Source: Geosiphon pyriformis uo1 (taxonomy: Eukaryota > Fungi > Glomeromycota). From it: a DNA stretch of 64,000 bases. Location of the stretch: assembly GCA_016748015.1 (NCBI GenBank), contig JAAOMT010000479.1, positions 337,824 to 401,823 on the forward strand, given 5' to 3'. Of this stretch, positions 24,721 through 40,647 are shown piece by piece. The stretch's first letter is position 1. Every line of letters starts with the position of its first letter. A program made the translations under genes and the position numbers. The notes beneath the pieces are model-generated. The model saw only the letters and a program-made list of their open reading frames with translations. It was not told where the DNA came from and did no database searches.

Positions 24721-26581
24721 ATGTACTTTTACAGTCCTTTGTTCAAGAAACCAAAGAAACCTGAAGCTTCTGGTGCTATTGTGGATTTGTCAGCTGGGCT
24801 TTTGTCTGCTGAGATGTTGCGAGCTACTGATATTGGGCACGACAGATCTTGGGGCAGTGAGATAGAAAGCAAAAAAAGCAGTATGAATAGATTGTCGGAT
24901 GTGGAAAACTTGAGAAACACAATTGCTGAAGAAACAAGCTACATTGACTCTAATGCTTTTGAAATGGATAACATAATAGATAATGCAACTCCCAAGAAGA
25001 CAAGAATGAGGACTTATGTATTGGTGCAACCTCCAAAAGCTCCTTCTTTTGTGAATACAAGTAACAACAATAGTAAGTTGGTGTTCTTGGTGCCTAAATT
25101 TGTTGGATCCAATCAGCTGCCATCTGCCGAATCACATGCCCTAAAGAAAAGAAATTTTGAGCCAGTAAAATCATTTGCATTGGATGTTGAATTGTCAGCT
25201 GTGCCTGGAAAGACTAATAGTAATAAATTAATGATGATAAAAAAAATTTTTTATTGAATTGATGGTTTTGAGAGGGGTGTCGACTCCCTCAAAGTTTCTT
25301 GGGATCATCAAATCTTCTTTCACATCTGAATTGAGTCTAAAAAAGGCTAGGGAATTGGCTGTTCATGAGAAAATTGTGGTGAATGTTGATGTCAAACAGG
25401 TAAACAAACTCACAAATTGGGTAATTGTTGTCAAAGAAATTCTGGTTAATCTTCCCAAATCAGCTGTAGAATTTGTTTTTTCTAAGTTTGGAAAGATTGT
25501 GTCAATTAAGATGCAATTGATTGGCCTGTGGCAGAAAGCTTTGGTCAAATATGAATCATCTGAAATTGCTGAGTTGGTCATGACTAATTGGTCTGTCTTT
25601 ATAGGAAAAAATTCTGTTCGGATGGTAAAAGCTATTGGTAATAAACATTCATAGGTTTCAAGAGATCAGCATCAGGCTTTGCTTTATACTTTGTCTGTTG
25701 GCACTACTGCTCATGATTTGTCTGGTTTATTGGATTTGTATGGTAGGAAAACCTGTTTTATTGGCCATAATCCCAATTTTTATGTACGTAACAGATATGC
25801 TGTGGTTTGTTTTGTTGATGAAGCATCTAAATTGGCTGTTATTGGTTTTGTTCCAGTTTTTAAGAGTATGAGTTTACACTGGGCTAGTCTTTTATTGGCA
25901 TGTTGTGCCAAATGTAGACAATTTGGTCATGTTTCTGATATGTGTTTGGTTGGTGGGAATTCTGAAGTTTGTAGGAAGCAGGTGGTAATTGATCAAGATC
26001 AGATTCATTTGGCTGGTATTTATAAGAAGAAGCAGGCCCCTATTGCTCGTCCAGTTTCTTTTGGTAAAAAAACTTGGGTGCAGGTTGCTGGCAGATCCCT
26101 ATTCCATGTGGTTCCTTGAGTTACTCTTGGTGTTGATTCAGTTTCAGGTGCTAATTCTTCTTCTTTGGCTTCTACATCTTTTGTTGTCTCTGAGTTAAAT
26201 GATCATTTGGCTGCTCTAAAATGTTCTTTGGAAATTTTATCTAAACAAGTCTTTGGAATTCTGAGAAAGTTGAGTTTTGTTGAGTTGGTGTCTTTGGCGC
26301 CCTCTTCTTGTGCTTTATCTCTGGCTGTTTTGGTGCCTGTGGCCTCTGTTTTGGATTCAAATATGGCTATAGATGACATGTTGATGTCATCTCCTCTCTC
26401 TCTCCTGGGTGTTGGTGAGCTGGTTAATGGTTTTAGTTCAAGCAGTTCAAAGATTCTGACTTCCAAAGTGGGTGGTTTGAAATCTAAGATGTTGGTTCTG
26501 GAAGTGTCAGTTGGTTCTGTTTTGGCTAAGTTGGATATTTTGTGTTCTGATTCGGATTTGTTGTTGCTTCTTTTTTCTTAA
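24721..26581 (+). pseudogene. LINE ORF1 (RRM-like plus CCHC knuckle), disrupted
   Basis: FSKFGKIVSIKM RRM-like segment; CAKCRQFGHVSDMC; coiled-coil-like C-terminus; ends in TAATG. Confidence 0.82.
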
Positions 26582-29500
26582 TGAGTGGTTTAGTTTAAAA
26601 GGTGGCTACTTGTAACATTAGAAACATGACTAATTTAGAAAAACAGAAGGACATTGTTTGTTGGCATCTAGAATCTGATAACATGGTTTTCTTTCTTACT
26701 GAAACTAAGTTAAAAGTAAGTGCTGGTCTTTGAATTAAGGACAAGTTTGAGAGTGTCAGAATTTTTATGTCTGGTCTAAAGGAGAGTTTTCTTGGTGCAG
26801 GTGTAGCTGTAATTATAGATAGTTCCTTGGCCTGTCATGTTTTGAAGATTGAAGAGATTCCTGGTCGGGTCATCTCTGTTTGTTTGCTGTTTAAGAATAA
26901 GCTTTTGGTTATTTTTTTAGGTTTGTATGCTGGTGTTTCTGCCAAAACACATTTTGTTCAAGCTCTCAGCATTAACTTACTTATCTCTAAGGTGGTTAAT
27001 AATAGTTTTTTTGTGGTTGTTGATGGAGATTTTAATGAGGATGGTGCTAAGAGATGTGCTAATTTTAGGAAGTGTTCGGATTTGGGATTGGTCAACTCAT
27101 TAAGTAGTCACTCTCTGAGTAAGTCGCCTACTTGGAGAGATTCCCAAGGAGTTAAAAAAACTATTGATTATATTTTCGTGAGTGAGGTTTTTTCTTCAAC
27201 TGTTGTTGGCCGTAGTGTTATCTCTGTGTCTGAATTTTTTGACATTGATCATGATATGGTTGGGATCTCAGTTGGGTTGGAGGACTTGGTTGATGCTTGT
27301 CTGAATGGTATTTGCAAGCAGACTAACAAAGACCACTGGAAGTATAGGATTAAAGATGCTGATGTTGTAAAAGATGATTGTTTTAAAGATTGCTCTTCAG
27401 TTAGGTTGTCTTTGCTTTCAGATACTTTTTTGGTCTCGAAGAGAAGAGGGGATCTGAATGGGATGTGGGAGGTGTTGAAAAGTGCTGTTTGTGATTCAGC
27501 TGATGAGACTTTCTCCAAACATTGGTTCTGTAAATTTGATTGTCCTAAAAACAAACAATCTTCAAAATTTTTTAAGCTGGAATCTTTGGTTGTCAAGATT
27601 ACAAAAGATCTGTGTTCGGGTAGATTGGTGGAAGTGGATCGTCTTGTTCAGGCTTGGTCGACTCTTGATACTGTTAGGGTCTCAAAGATTGCTGTTTTGC
27701 TTGAAAATGATTCAAAGTTACATAAGCTGTGCAGTTTTTTGTTAAAAGTCAAGAAAAGTTATCGAAAATCCAAATACCATAAGACTGAGTTGGCTAGATG
27801 CAAACACATTAAAGATGCAATAGAGAAATGTATGGAGAATTTTAATTCTAATAAAGGTAGGATGATCAGGAGTGTCTTAGAGCATCTTTTTCACAAAATT
27901 GTGTTGGATTATTTGGTGATTAATAATAAGTTGATTCTGGATCCTGTGGAGATTCGGTCTAAAGTAGATGAAATCATGCTGGGCTGAATCCACAAATAGA
28001 GAATTTCTTTAGCTTTATCTGGTTTGTGGGCTCATCAGTATGCCCTTTTGAATCATGTAAATGATAGTGTTTTTTCAGACATGATGAATAAGATTGGCTT
28101 GAGTGAATTGTCTCTGATTGTCAGTGAACTGTCTGATGGCAAAGCTGCTGGTCTTTCTGGTATAACAAATAAGTTGTAGAAACATGGTGGTGCTAAAATG
28201 TTGGCTTGTTTTCTTGATTTGCTGAATTCTTGTTTAAAAGCTAGTAATGTGTCTGATTTGTGGAAGAAAGCTTGGGTCTCTATGATCCCTAAGCTCTATG
28301 AGTAGGATAGCATTTTGACTAACACCAGGCCAATTGCTCTAATTGAGATGGCAAAGAAAATTTTATCCAAAGTTTTGTCAGATCAGATTTTTTCAGTTTG
28401 CAGCAAGTTTGACATTTTTCATGGTGACAATTTTTCAGTTCTAAGAGGTACTTCAACTCAGTCCCCAGTGTTTGCAGTTGGCTTGATTGTGGAGAATGCT
28501 TTGGAAAAAGGCTGGAAAATTTGGCTGGCTCTACAGGATATGCATAAAGCTTATGATTTGGTTGAGTGGCATTATTTGAAGTCCAGTCTGAAGCGCATCA
28601 AAATGTGCAGCAGATTCATTGAATTTTTTGGAAATATTCATGAGAATAGAATTAATAAAATTATGACTGATTTTGGTTTGTCAAATGGATACATTGTTCA
28701 TAATGGTTTGGATCAGGGTAAGGTGTTTTTTTCACTTCTTTGGAGGATTTTTTATGATCCTCTTTTGTGTGAGATCAAAAGGCAAAAACATTTGTGCAGC
28801 TACAAGATCAATTCAAATTTTGTAGTAAAGTCTGGTAGAGTCAAATCTAGTGGTGGCATGTCATCTTTTTTTGCTGCAGATGCTTTTGTTGATGATACAA
28901 TCTGGGTTGGTAATGGCCAAATCTCGACACAGTACATTCTAGACATTGCAAGTGAATTTTTTAATATAAATAATATTTCAATTAACAATAACAAAACTGT
29001 GGCAATTTCTATTAATCAGAGAGTGAGAGATGCCTCTTTGCACATCAGTGGCCAACCCATCTCCATTGCAAAAAAGAGTGAATTTCATAGATATCTTGAT
29101 ATTTTTTTGTCGACAAAGGGCTTTTCAAGGCCAAGTCTTGCCAAAACACATGCAGATGTAAGGTTTTTCTCTAATTTGGTTCTTAAGAAAGCGGTTTCAG
29201 ATAAACAGTTCTTTTACCTAATTTCAGCAGTTCTTCAGCCTATTATATGTTATCATACGCAATTCAGTTTTGTCACTAAGAGTGTGTATCGAAAGTGGGA
29301 TATTATGATCAGAAAGGAACTTAGAGCTAAAATGTTTTTGCCAAAGGATTTCCCTATTGAGACATTGCACCATCTATCTTTATATGGTTTGAAGTCTTTT
29401 GAGCAAGTACAAGCTAAGGCCAAGATTGCTTTAGTGATTGGTTTCTCCAATGCACCTGGAATTCTCAGTCATCTGTTTGAACACCATGCTTTGGACTTGC

Positions 29501-31260
29501 AAGTTTTGGTTTGGACTCCTTTGAATCTTTTGTGTTATCCAGTTAAGTTGAGGGTTTGTCTGCTGAACAATTTTCTGGTGGGAGTTGTGAGAATCTTCTT
29601 GAATACGGGTGTTTTTTTGGTTGACAAATTATTTAATGTATTTCACAAGCCTGGCCGCTTTCCAATGTTGGACATTCTGGGTGTTTTATGTTATTTTAAT
29701 GTGGTCTATTTATTAAAACATTTTGGTGTTGCTTTTGGTGACTGTTTGCTATCTAAGTGGAATTGTGTCATGGATTGGAAAACTTTTCATTGTTGGAAGA
29801 AATTGAGCCTTAGGGGTCCTGTGCCAGTTTGGTTTAATAAGGTTTCTGTGCATATGTGTAGTGATCTAGTGAATTCAAGTGATGGTAAGATGTTGGATGG
29901 TTCTAGTTTTTTCTATTCAACTAATTTCTTGGCTGTTTATGAGCGCCTACAAGAGATCTGGACAGAGGAGTTGAATATTTTCACTAATGGCTCATTAAGT
30001 GGCCTGAGCACATTAGGTGTGACTTGTGGAACAGCTCCTTATTTCTCTGAGGTTGATTTGGGTGTTGGTGTTAGGGTTCAAGGTCTGTTGTCTTCTATAC
30101 TGGTGGAATTACAAGCAATTGCTGTGGCTTTGAAGTGTGTTCCATCATCCTGCTCTGTTGTTGTTTATTCTGATAGTTAAGCGGCTTTGGATGCATATAT
30201 GTCTGTATGTGAATTGGGTTGACTGGACTTTTACAACAAATGCTGGATAGAACATTGTCATATTGCTAATTTGGTTAAATTGAAGGACATTACTGTGAGA
30301 TGGGTTAAGGTAAAAAGTCATTCTGGTGTGGTTGGTAATGATTGGGCTGATGCTATGGCTCATGCTGCATCTCGATCTAGTTTGTCTCTTCCAGTTGGGG
30401 TTTATGAAAAGTTTCTTATGGCAGATGGTCTTGTGGTTTCTGGTAATGCTCAGCATTTTATCTGTGATGTTGGCAGAACTGTGTGCTGTGTCTTGTGAGA
30501 AGCTGGTCCTGGTGTGAGTGTCTTGGCCAGCTCATTTCTTCATTGTATTGATTGGAAGTGTACTGTTTCTGTTTGGCATCTGAATTCTCATATGCTGGCA
30601 GGTTTTACTAGCAGAAAGTTAACTGCCCTACACACATATTTAATGAAGACTGTTCATGGTAGGTTGCCAGTGGCAGTTCACAAGAGATTGTATAATGTTG
30701 GTTACCCAAGTGTATTGTGTCTAATGTGTAGTGACATCAAATTCTCTGATCATGCTTTTACTTGTTCGGCAGATTCACTTCTGTGTGCGGAGGTTGTGGC
30801 TGATCACATTGAATTGTGGAAATCTTTGGCAGAGATTTACCTTTCTGCTTCATCTTCAGTGCTGAACATTCTTGCAAATGCTTTGGATGTCAGTATTTAT
30901 GGTGTTTTATACAAGGATTTTGTTTTCCAAGATTGGATTGGTAAAGCTGTTTCTATTTTCAGTGACAGGAAGAAAGCCCAGTTATTTGTTGTTGAGTTTG
31001 TTCACCATCTTGCAGGTAATTATTATGATCATTTGTGGCTGTTAAGATCTAAGTTTAGGATTGGTATAAAAAAAGTTGGTCTGGTTTGTGATGGTGATGG
31101 GAATTTTGCTGTGTTACGTGGTCTACCTAGGCTGCTATCTGATGGTATTGTTCACATGTTAGGTGTAGTGGAATCTTTTGCTGTCAGTTTTGGTTTGCAC
31201 AGGCATTGTTTGTTCTTTTCTGGTTTAAATAATGGTAATGAGGTTCTGGTAAGTGTGTAG
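26581..31260 (+). pseudogene. LINE ORF2 (APE endonuclease, RT, RNase H, C-terminal Zn finger), one frame with several stops
   Basis: TCNIR, TETKL, GDFN, IDYIF; RPIALIE, QDMHKAYD, AFVDDTIW; FTNGS, ELQAI, VYSDS, VKSHSGVVGNDWAD; CLMC..DHAFTC. Confidence 0.92.
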
Positions 31261-33179
31261 TGTTGCCTTGATGAGCCTGAGTGGTCAGTCACATGTAGTA
31301 AGTGCATAAGCCATATTTAGTTTGAGATATTTTGCTTTATCTCTGTATGCTAGATAGTGTTTAGACTGCACTCATTAAAATAATAATAATAAAAAATACT
31401 AATAGTAAATAATTCTTAAAATTATCACTCTTATAGAAAAAACACAAGAAATTATTCTGAAAGTTAATTATCAGAACTTTTGAAGCAAGCTCTAAAAAAA
31501 TTTTTTATTTGTTTATATTGACATTTCACCAAATGTTACAATATATTAAAAACTTCTACAGTACTTTAATAAACAGAATAATAAATATACTCTTATATAT
31601 ATTTTTTTTCATATTAAAAAAACACTTTATAAACAAAAATTAGAACTTGCAGCAACAAATTTCACTCTTAAAGCTATATAAAAACAAATTTACAATGAAT
31701 TTAAGACAGCAGCTAGACCAACAAACACTTATTATAAATTCAAAGCAGTATTTAGACTCTACAACTTATTTAATACTTGTAAAAACATTCTACAAAATCC
31801 AATACTCCAATCAATAAAAATACAATATATTAGTAAACTCACAGAACTAAAATTCTAATAATTTTTAGACCAAATTACCACAATTATTTTAGACCACTAT
31901 CTTAATATTACAGATAATACTTGGACTTTAATAAAACTCAGTCTTAAAGAGAAAATTATATAATTAATAAAATTTTAATTAATAATTAGCATAAAATTAT
32001 CTTATTATTAACTAGCACATACAAATATCATTTCAAATTATTACTTATTATTTAATCAAATTATCAAATATTACTATTTAATTAGTAATCCGATTTATTT
32101 AATAGAAATTAGAATAATCAAATTACACAATACCCTAAACTATGTAATATTTAAGAATTTACTGAAATTTGTAGAAATTTGCCAAAATAATGGATAATTC
32201 ACTAAAATAGTTAATAATTCATTAAAATAACTTGTAGTTTGTTGAAATATATTTTTAGTTTGTTAAAATTATAGCAAAAAAGAAAGTTTGAGTTTATAGA
32301 CTAATATTACAACAAGTTATATAAAAAAAGAGCTTTTTTTTTGAAAAAATATATCTTATCTTATTTAGAATTATCTTAATTCGAATTAATTAGTTTTACA
32401 AAAAGTAATAAAAATATCAAATACTTAAAAAACCAAATTTCTTAACTATTTGCATTTGAAATTCTCCAAAAACCCAACTAATGTTTTGAAATTAATTAGT
32501 TACCAATTTCAGTAATTCGTTAATGACTCCAAATCTGGACTGAAAATGATTCCTTTGACAAAATTCTATTTTTTTTATATTTTTTATTATAATTTTTAAG
32601 ATATTCTACAAACAAAATTTATGTAGAAAAGTTGATTTTTGTAGCAAAGTAACTACATATTTTAGTAAGCTTCCAAATAAGCAATTTCTGAAAAAAAGTT
32701 GACTTTTATTACAAAGTAATTACATATAATAACTGATACAATATTGGCCATTCTACTTATAAGCCTAACAATTTAAATTATAAAAAATAATTTGAAAATA
32801 AATTCAGTTATCAAAGGTTCTATAACTTCTAATAAATGTAAATTCACAGCAAATAAATATTAATAATATTCTAAAAAAGAGACCAAAAATCTTTGGTAAT
32901 ATTGTAAATGTCTCTTAGCTTACTTGTTTATAATCATTTTAAATTGGATGTATTTATATATATTTTGTATGTTATTGTGTATATATTATGTTTTCTAATT
33001 TTATTTGTTAATTTGTGCTATTTATATTATTATTTAATAATTGGTTAATATATTTTAATATTATTATTTTTAATTTTTGTTAATTTTTATTAGGTAATAT
33101 TGTCAATTTATTAAAGGTTTTTTTAATATTGTCAAATTTTTTTATTATTTATTATTAAAATATATTTTATATATAAAAA

Positions 33180-34660
33180 AAACTAATTAGCAAAAGACTT
33201 TCAATTATCTCAAACAATGACTTATTAAAACTTTAATTTTGATTTATTCAAACTTCAACAAATATTTTATTATAGCTACAGATGTCTTAAAAAATACATT
33301 AAAAGCTATTTTATTACAAATTAGATTGAATAATTAAAAATATTTAATTATATATACTAGTCATAATACCAATATTGTTAAAAAAATATATAGTATTATT
33401 GATCTAAAATATCTTGCTATTTACTAAGTTATATAAAACTAAAAACATTATTTTTGTTAATTATTTAATTTATATACAGATTATAAAAAACTGATTTGGT
33501 TACTTAGTAAACCACAACTTAAAAAAAAATATGCAAAATAAAGTACTTATTTGCAGCAGTTTTTATATAAAGTATATTATAAAAAAAGAGCTAAAAATAC
33601 CAATACTAATGGTTTATTAAAAATAACTCAAATTTAATTACAAACTAATAAATACAACTACTTATTAATAACTATATCAATATTTGTCTATATTTTAATT
33701 TAAAAAAAAACTATCTTAATAGAAACAAAATGCTATACAGAAACAAACTCAAAACTATTTTCTGTATAATAACTAATTATATTGTTAATAATGCCAAAAC
33801 CATCTTATATCACAATAAATTATAAAAAATACTGAAAAAAAATACTGAAAAAAAAACTGTTTTGTTTAACATATACTTGAATTCAATAGCAAAACACTTT
33901 AACAAAGATGCTATCTTAAAAAAAACAATTAATCTATATTATAATCTATAATATATAAGGATATTTTTGAATATATTCTCAATTGTAACTTCTGCCAAAA
34001 AAAAAAAACCAGAACAATAAAACCATTTTGTCTTATTCTAGTTAGAAATTTATTTGATAGAATTGGAATTGATTTAATTGGACTTCTTTTTATTATTTCT
34101 AAAAGAAATTGTTATATTGCTATAGCTGTAAATTATTTTACCAAATGACTTAAAACTAAAGCTATTCAAGTAGTAAATACCAAAACAATAATTAAATTTA
34201 TATATTAAAATCTGATTTGCCAACATGAATGCTTAAAAAAACTATTATCTAACCAAAAAACTTATTTTGTTAATAGCACACTTGCCAAATTGAGCCAATG
34301 ATTTGGAATAAAATAACTATTATTATTATTATATTATTTTTAAACAAACAGATTGATAAAATAATTTAACCAAATATTATGTAAAGCATTAACAAAAATG
34401 AGTTATAAAAATACACAAAAATGAGATTTATTTATATTTTTAGTATTATTAACATATTAAACATTGAAACAAAATACTATTTAGTTCACACTATTTGAAC
34501 TAATCTATATAAAAAAAGCTACATTACATATTAAACAAAAACTACATATTTTTTTGATTGAAACAATTACCAAAGAAAATTTTAAAACTATTTTGTACCA
34601 AAAAACATACCAACTTATAGAAACATTAAAAAACAATCATAAAACAGCAGTTGACAATAT
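33180..34660 (+). mobile_element. Extremely decayed Gypsy RNase H-integrase relic (related to C/D)
   Basis: YFIIATDV, DLKYLAIY, YTDYKKLIWLL, FDRIGIDLIG and FTLFELIY motifs are still readable. Confidence 0.8.
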
Positions 34661-37600
34661 TAATTAGTGCTAATTCTAATGTTAATTTAGACAAATTAAT
34701 ATAAATTTTCTTAATAATTATTTCTTAATTTGTTTTGATATTGGCACATTTTAAATTAGTATTTACTATAATTTATATTAATAATTAACTTATTAACTTA
34801 ATTGAAACTAAATTCAAATATAAATATTAATTTATAATTTTATAAAATTTTATAAAAATTAAAATATTCTTAAAACTATTAACTTAATAAAACAATTTTT
34901 TAATAAATTTCAATTTATTATTTATATTTTTTTCTAAAATAATTAGGCTGAATTGAAAACTTTTATTTTATTTATTAACCAAAAAATCTTATTATTTTTA
35001 GCAATTATAATTAACAAAAAAATTCAAAACTTTATTATTACTTATATAATTAACAATAAATATAAGTAGTAATTTAATTAATTTATATGTATTAATTTTA
35101 ATATAATATAATATATTATTATTTATATTATTATTATTTTTTAAAATATTTAAATTAATAAAGCAAATTTTCTTAATAATTAAATTGTTTAAATCTTGGG
35201 TTTTTAAAATTTTGTTTATACTGTTTATTTTGCTGTCTATTTTACTGTTTATTTTGCTCTTCTAGGACTGACATAAAATGTGTTTACTTTTACTCAAAAT
35301 ATTAAAAATCAAATATTTAGCAAAAGTATTAATTAGGACAATATTTAGATTAAAATTTTTTGGTTTTTTTGTTAATGTTATTGTAGATAAATATAAATAA
35401 ATATCAGTTTTTTTGACACCAGAATAAGATTTTATATTAATTTTCTTATTACTAAATCTATTAGTTAAAAATATTACTGGTTTTATAACAACAACAAAAT
35501 TAATATTAATAGAATACTTATTATAATATATAAATAAAAAAATATAATATAAAGAAACTATTATAATTCTTTTATATTTGTTGTGATAAAGTAATTTACA
35601 AAAAAAAATTTTTTTTGTTTTTATAAATTAAATTGATTATATTTTTAATAATATATATTGTAATTTTTAAATAAGACTGATTATTAAAAAATATATATAT
35701 ATATTAGAAGTCAGAACCAAATTATCAAAATTTGTCATTAAACTTATAACTAATTTGAACAAATTATTTAATTATGTTTTCAATCTGACTATATTTAAAA
35801 ACACCAAAAAACTTAATATAAATACAATCTTATTACTAATGACTATATTTAAATTCTTTTTTATTGTAATATTATTTACTTAATTTTATAATAGAAAAAT
35901 TACTAATAATTAATATCTAAAATCAGATTGGAAAATTATTGGCATAAGTATATTTAATTTTTTAATTAATTTGTTAATTTGGTTTGTAAAATTGGCAAGA
36001 CTGTATTCTAAACTAACAAATTAATATTATAATTAATATTAATAATATAATATTAATAAGAAAATAAAAAAATCAAAGCTTTATTTTTTATTAAAAAAAA
36101 CTGGATTTAAAATACTAAAACTAGTATTAAAAATATTAAAACAAAACTTTTTAACATTTTAAAAAAGTTGTTATTAAACATAAAAAAAAACAAAAAAAAC
36201 AACTTAGTTATTAGTTTTTTATTAAATATTTTAAGACTTTTTACAAAAATTATATTAAAAAAATTTTTAAAAAATTTTTAATCAAAGATAAAAACAATAT
36301 TATAAATTAATAAAAAACTAATTTTTAATTGATTTATTTAAAAAAAGTGTTTTTATAAAGTGTTATTAAACAATTTTAATAATTATAAATATTTTACTAA
36401 TAAAAATATTACCAAATACTTTAAAAGATAAAAAAAATTGCAATTTTTTACTTTTTATTATAATCATAAAAATATAAAAAAAAGATTTTTTTTTAAATAT
36501 AAGTTTAAATAATTGATCATATATACATAATTTATGTTTAATTTTAATATATATAAATATTAAAAAGCCAATAATTAAATTTTATTTTATTAAAACAATA
36601 AAAAAAATATTATTTATTTTAAAATTTATTATTATTATTATTAAAACAAATAAATAGTTTTCTTAGTTATTATATTAATTATGTATATATAATTTTTTGG
36701 CTTTTAAAATAAAAATAAAAATAAATTATATATATTTATGTTTATTTTTTTTATTGCTTAATAAAATGTGATATAACTATTATCTATAAACATAAAACTA
36801 AAAACATTTTATAATAAATGCAGTTCATAATTTGTTTGCATGTAACCAGCTACCATTATTTTAATTTTAAAAAACATAATTAAATAAAATAATTAGTAAA
36901 AACAAACATTTAATTATTAATAAAATTTTTATTTAAATTAAATTTTTTAAAAAATACCAATAAAAATATGTATAATAAAAATAAAAATAATAAGTATTTG
37001 TGTTATTAAAATCAGCTGTAAATTTTTTTTGAATAATTTATTTAGATCCATTTTAAGTTAAATTTAACTTACAGTAGATTCTAATACACCAATTTTTTAG
37101 GAAAATCAAATTAAAAATTTTTTGAACAAGATATTTCCATCATAATATTGAAAACATTAATATAGAATATTTATAACTTCAATGTTGATCCAATTGTGAT
37201 GAGCCAAAGTAACAAATGAAGAGAAAATTACCATAGTACAATTCTGGGTGAATTGAGTTAACCTGCTACAGCGGATGTACTTTTAGGCTTAATTAGTTGA
37301 TAAAGTTGCGGAGAAATGAGAAATTTCAAAAAAAAACTTATTTTGATACTGAGCAAATTGTATTTCAAAAAGTTCGAAATAAACTTTTTACAATTATGAT
37401 TCCGTAAATTCTGGGATTGAGAGCATTAATAATTAAATTTAATTTGGTTCACACTTTCCAATAAAACAGAGATATAAAACTTTCGATTTCAAACGATATT
37501 TTAATGGATTCTTTCATCTTTGAAATATTAAATTTCGGGTAATTTTCACGAAAATAAGAGAGCGAACAAATTTCTTTTCTTGCATAACTTTATTGTAATA

Positions 37601-38515
37601 TTGAAGATTTAAATTAAAACTCACCTTTCTAACCGTTTTCTTTATTCTTTAACGTTTCTAAGAGAATCCATAGTAAAAATTACATTTGTCTACCTTGGTT
37701 TTAATCCAACTTTAATAGCTTTTACCTCGACAAAAATAGTATTTACAAGCCCTACTATTAAAAACACAATTTCCCAAATTGGTACTTTTATTCATTTATA
37801 CCACAGGATATGAAATGATTTTTGGAATGGAGAGTTAAAAAATTTTCATCGATTTGAAAAGCTTATATTCAGATGGATTTAAAACTGGGACATGAGTTTT
37901 ACACGAACGTCAAAGGACCGACTCTCCTATGTCTAACTTATTCCTTGGCTCCTATCATTTGGAAGCTTTAAGAAATCATGATAAACTAACGGTGAGAACT
38001 AAAAGTTGCAATAACGCCAATGTCAATTGAATGTCACCAAAAGACGCTCCGTGACTGACGAGGGCAAATAATCTATGACGCTTCCTCAATTCATAGCAAC
38101 CATAGATTGTTTGACAAGTTTGAAGTTTAAAAATAACACTCTAGCTCGACAATACGAGTGCAATTATGGTTAGAAAACGCTTATTTTATTTATGACGTTA
38201 AACACGCACCTGAGTTCTTGAATAGGAAAGCTTCACTTATCCATTTTTTTGGAACAATTCAAAGAGTATTTGCCGGAGAAACTACAAAAATTCACCAACC
38301 GCTGTCCTACTAAGAATTTTCTTTTTAAATGAAAAATGGTCAGGGATATTTTTTGTTGGATACGGTTTTTATCTTTAAGATTTCATTATTTACAGAAATT
38401 GTCTATATTTTTTGAAAGGAATTCATTTTCAATTTCTTTTCGAATAGCTTGAACGTCAAAAGTTGTTGCAATAATAAATGATACAATGTCTGCAGAGTGA
38501 TATGGAGGTAAATGT

Positions 38516-40148
<1,633 letters not shown>

Positions 40149-40432
40149 GATGGTGTGCTATTGATATTTTCAATTTCGTGGCCAAGTGACGAGATAAGGA
40201 AAGGGGGGGGGTTGGAAGGAAAACCAGTGGGATTTCGAGAAGGGTTATAGTTCGGTCGAGCGGAAAAAAGAAAACCTTGTAAACAACCATAATATATATA
40301 CTTGTAGAAAATGGCGCATAGGATCACAGGGGTTTATATTTACCTAAAGTGAACTGGCAAACTTAGTGGCTCGTCATAAACTCGTCACACATCAATTCTA
40401 ACCGTTTTAGCTTGAAGAACTTGGGTCATCTT

Positions 40433-40647
40433 CGCGAAAGGTAAAACAATGATTGTGGAATGTTGGGTGACGCGCCACAAACGCGAAAAAATTCAATAGA
40501 GTATAAATTGGGTAGAAATCAGATAGAAAAGTTTTCAATTTCAAAATTTTAACTTTTAATAATTTGATTCAAAAGATTCAAAGAAAAAAATATAATTTTT
40601 CATTTTGACCACAGGTGCAACTAAGGTTAGAAGTGAATTTAACGCGT
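40433..40647. promoter_or_regulatory. Cluster of MCB/SCB/E2F-like CGCG boxes upstream of the CDK
   Basis: CGCGAAA at 40433, ACGCGC at 40470, ACGCGAAA at 40481, ACGCGT at 40642. Confidence 0.45.

Larger units (their letters stand above)
24547..31390 (+). mobile_element. Full-length non-LTR retrotransposon (LINE: APE-RT-RNase H) inserted in ORF3 of Gypsy H
   Basis: Pyrimidine-rich 5' UTR, ORF1 plus ORF2, (TAA)n tail; candidate TSD AAGAAAT (24540-24546) / AAAAAAT (31391-31397); removal gives ..EFFEEILIVNNS. Confidence 0.93.
1..31956 (+). mobile_element. Old, heavily mutated Ty3/Gypsy element H (host of the nest); pieces at 1-186, 19419-24546 and 31391-~31956
   Basis: The protease at 1-186 (..IKVLVMDA) continues exactly at 19423 (LQYQAF..NWLLKAN) once element A is removed. 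Degenerate Cys-rich region, dUTPase (~20520-20910), RT (~21500-22200), RNase H (stop 22749), integrase (~22797-24159), ORF3 and a PPT-like AAAGAGAAAA near 31946 follow. The 5' part lies outside the window and the 3' LTR is too decayed to delimit. Confidence 0.85.

Noticed and set aside
34700-37100. AT-rich tract as a centromere, origin or organellar insertion
   Set aside because: No diagnostic motif or organellar gene; better explained as terminally mutated TE debris.
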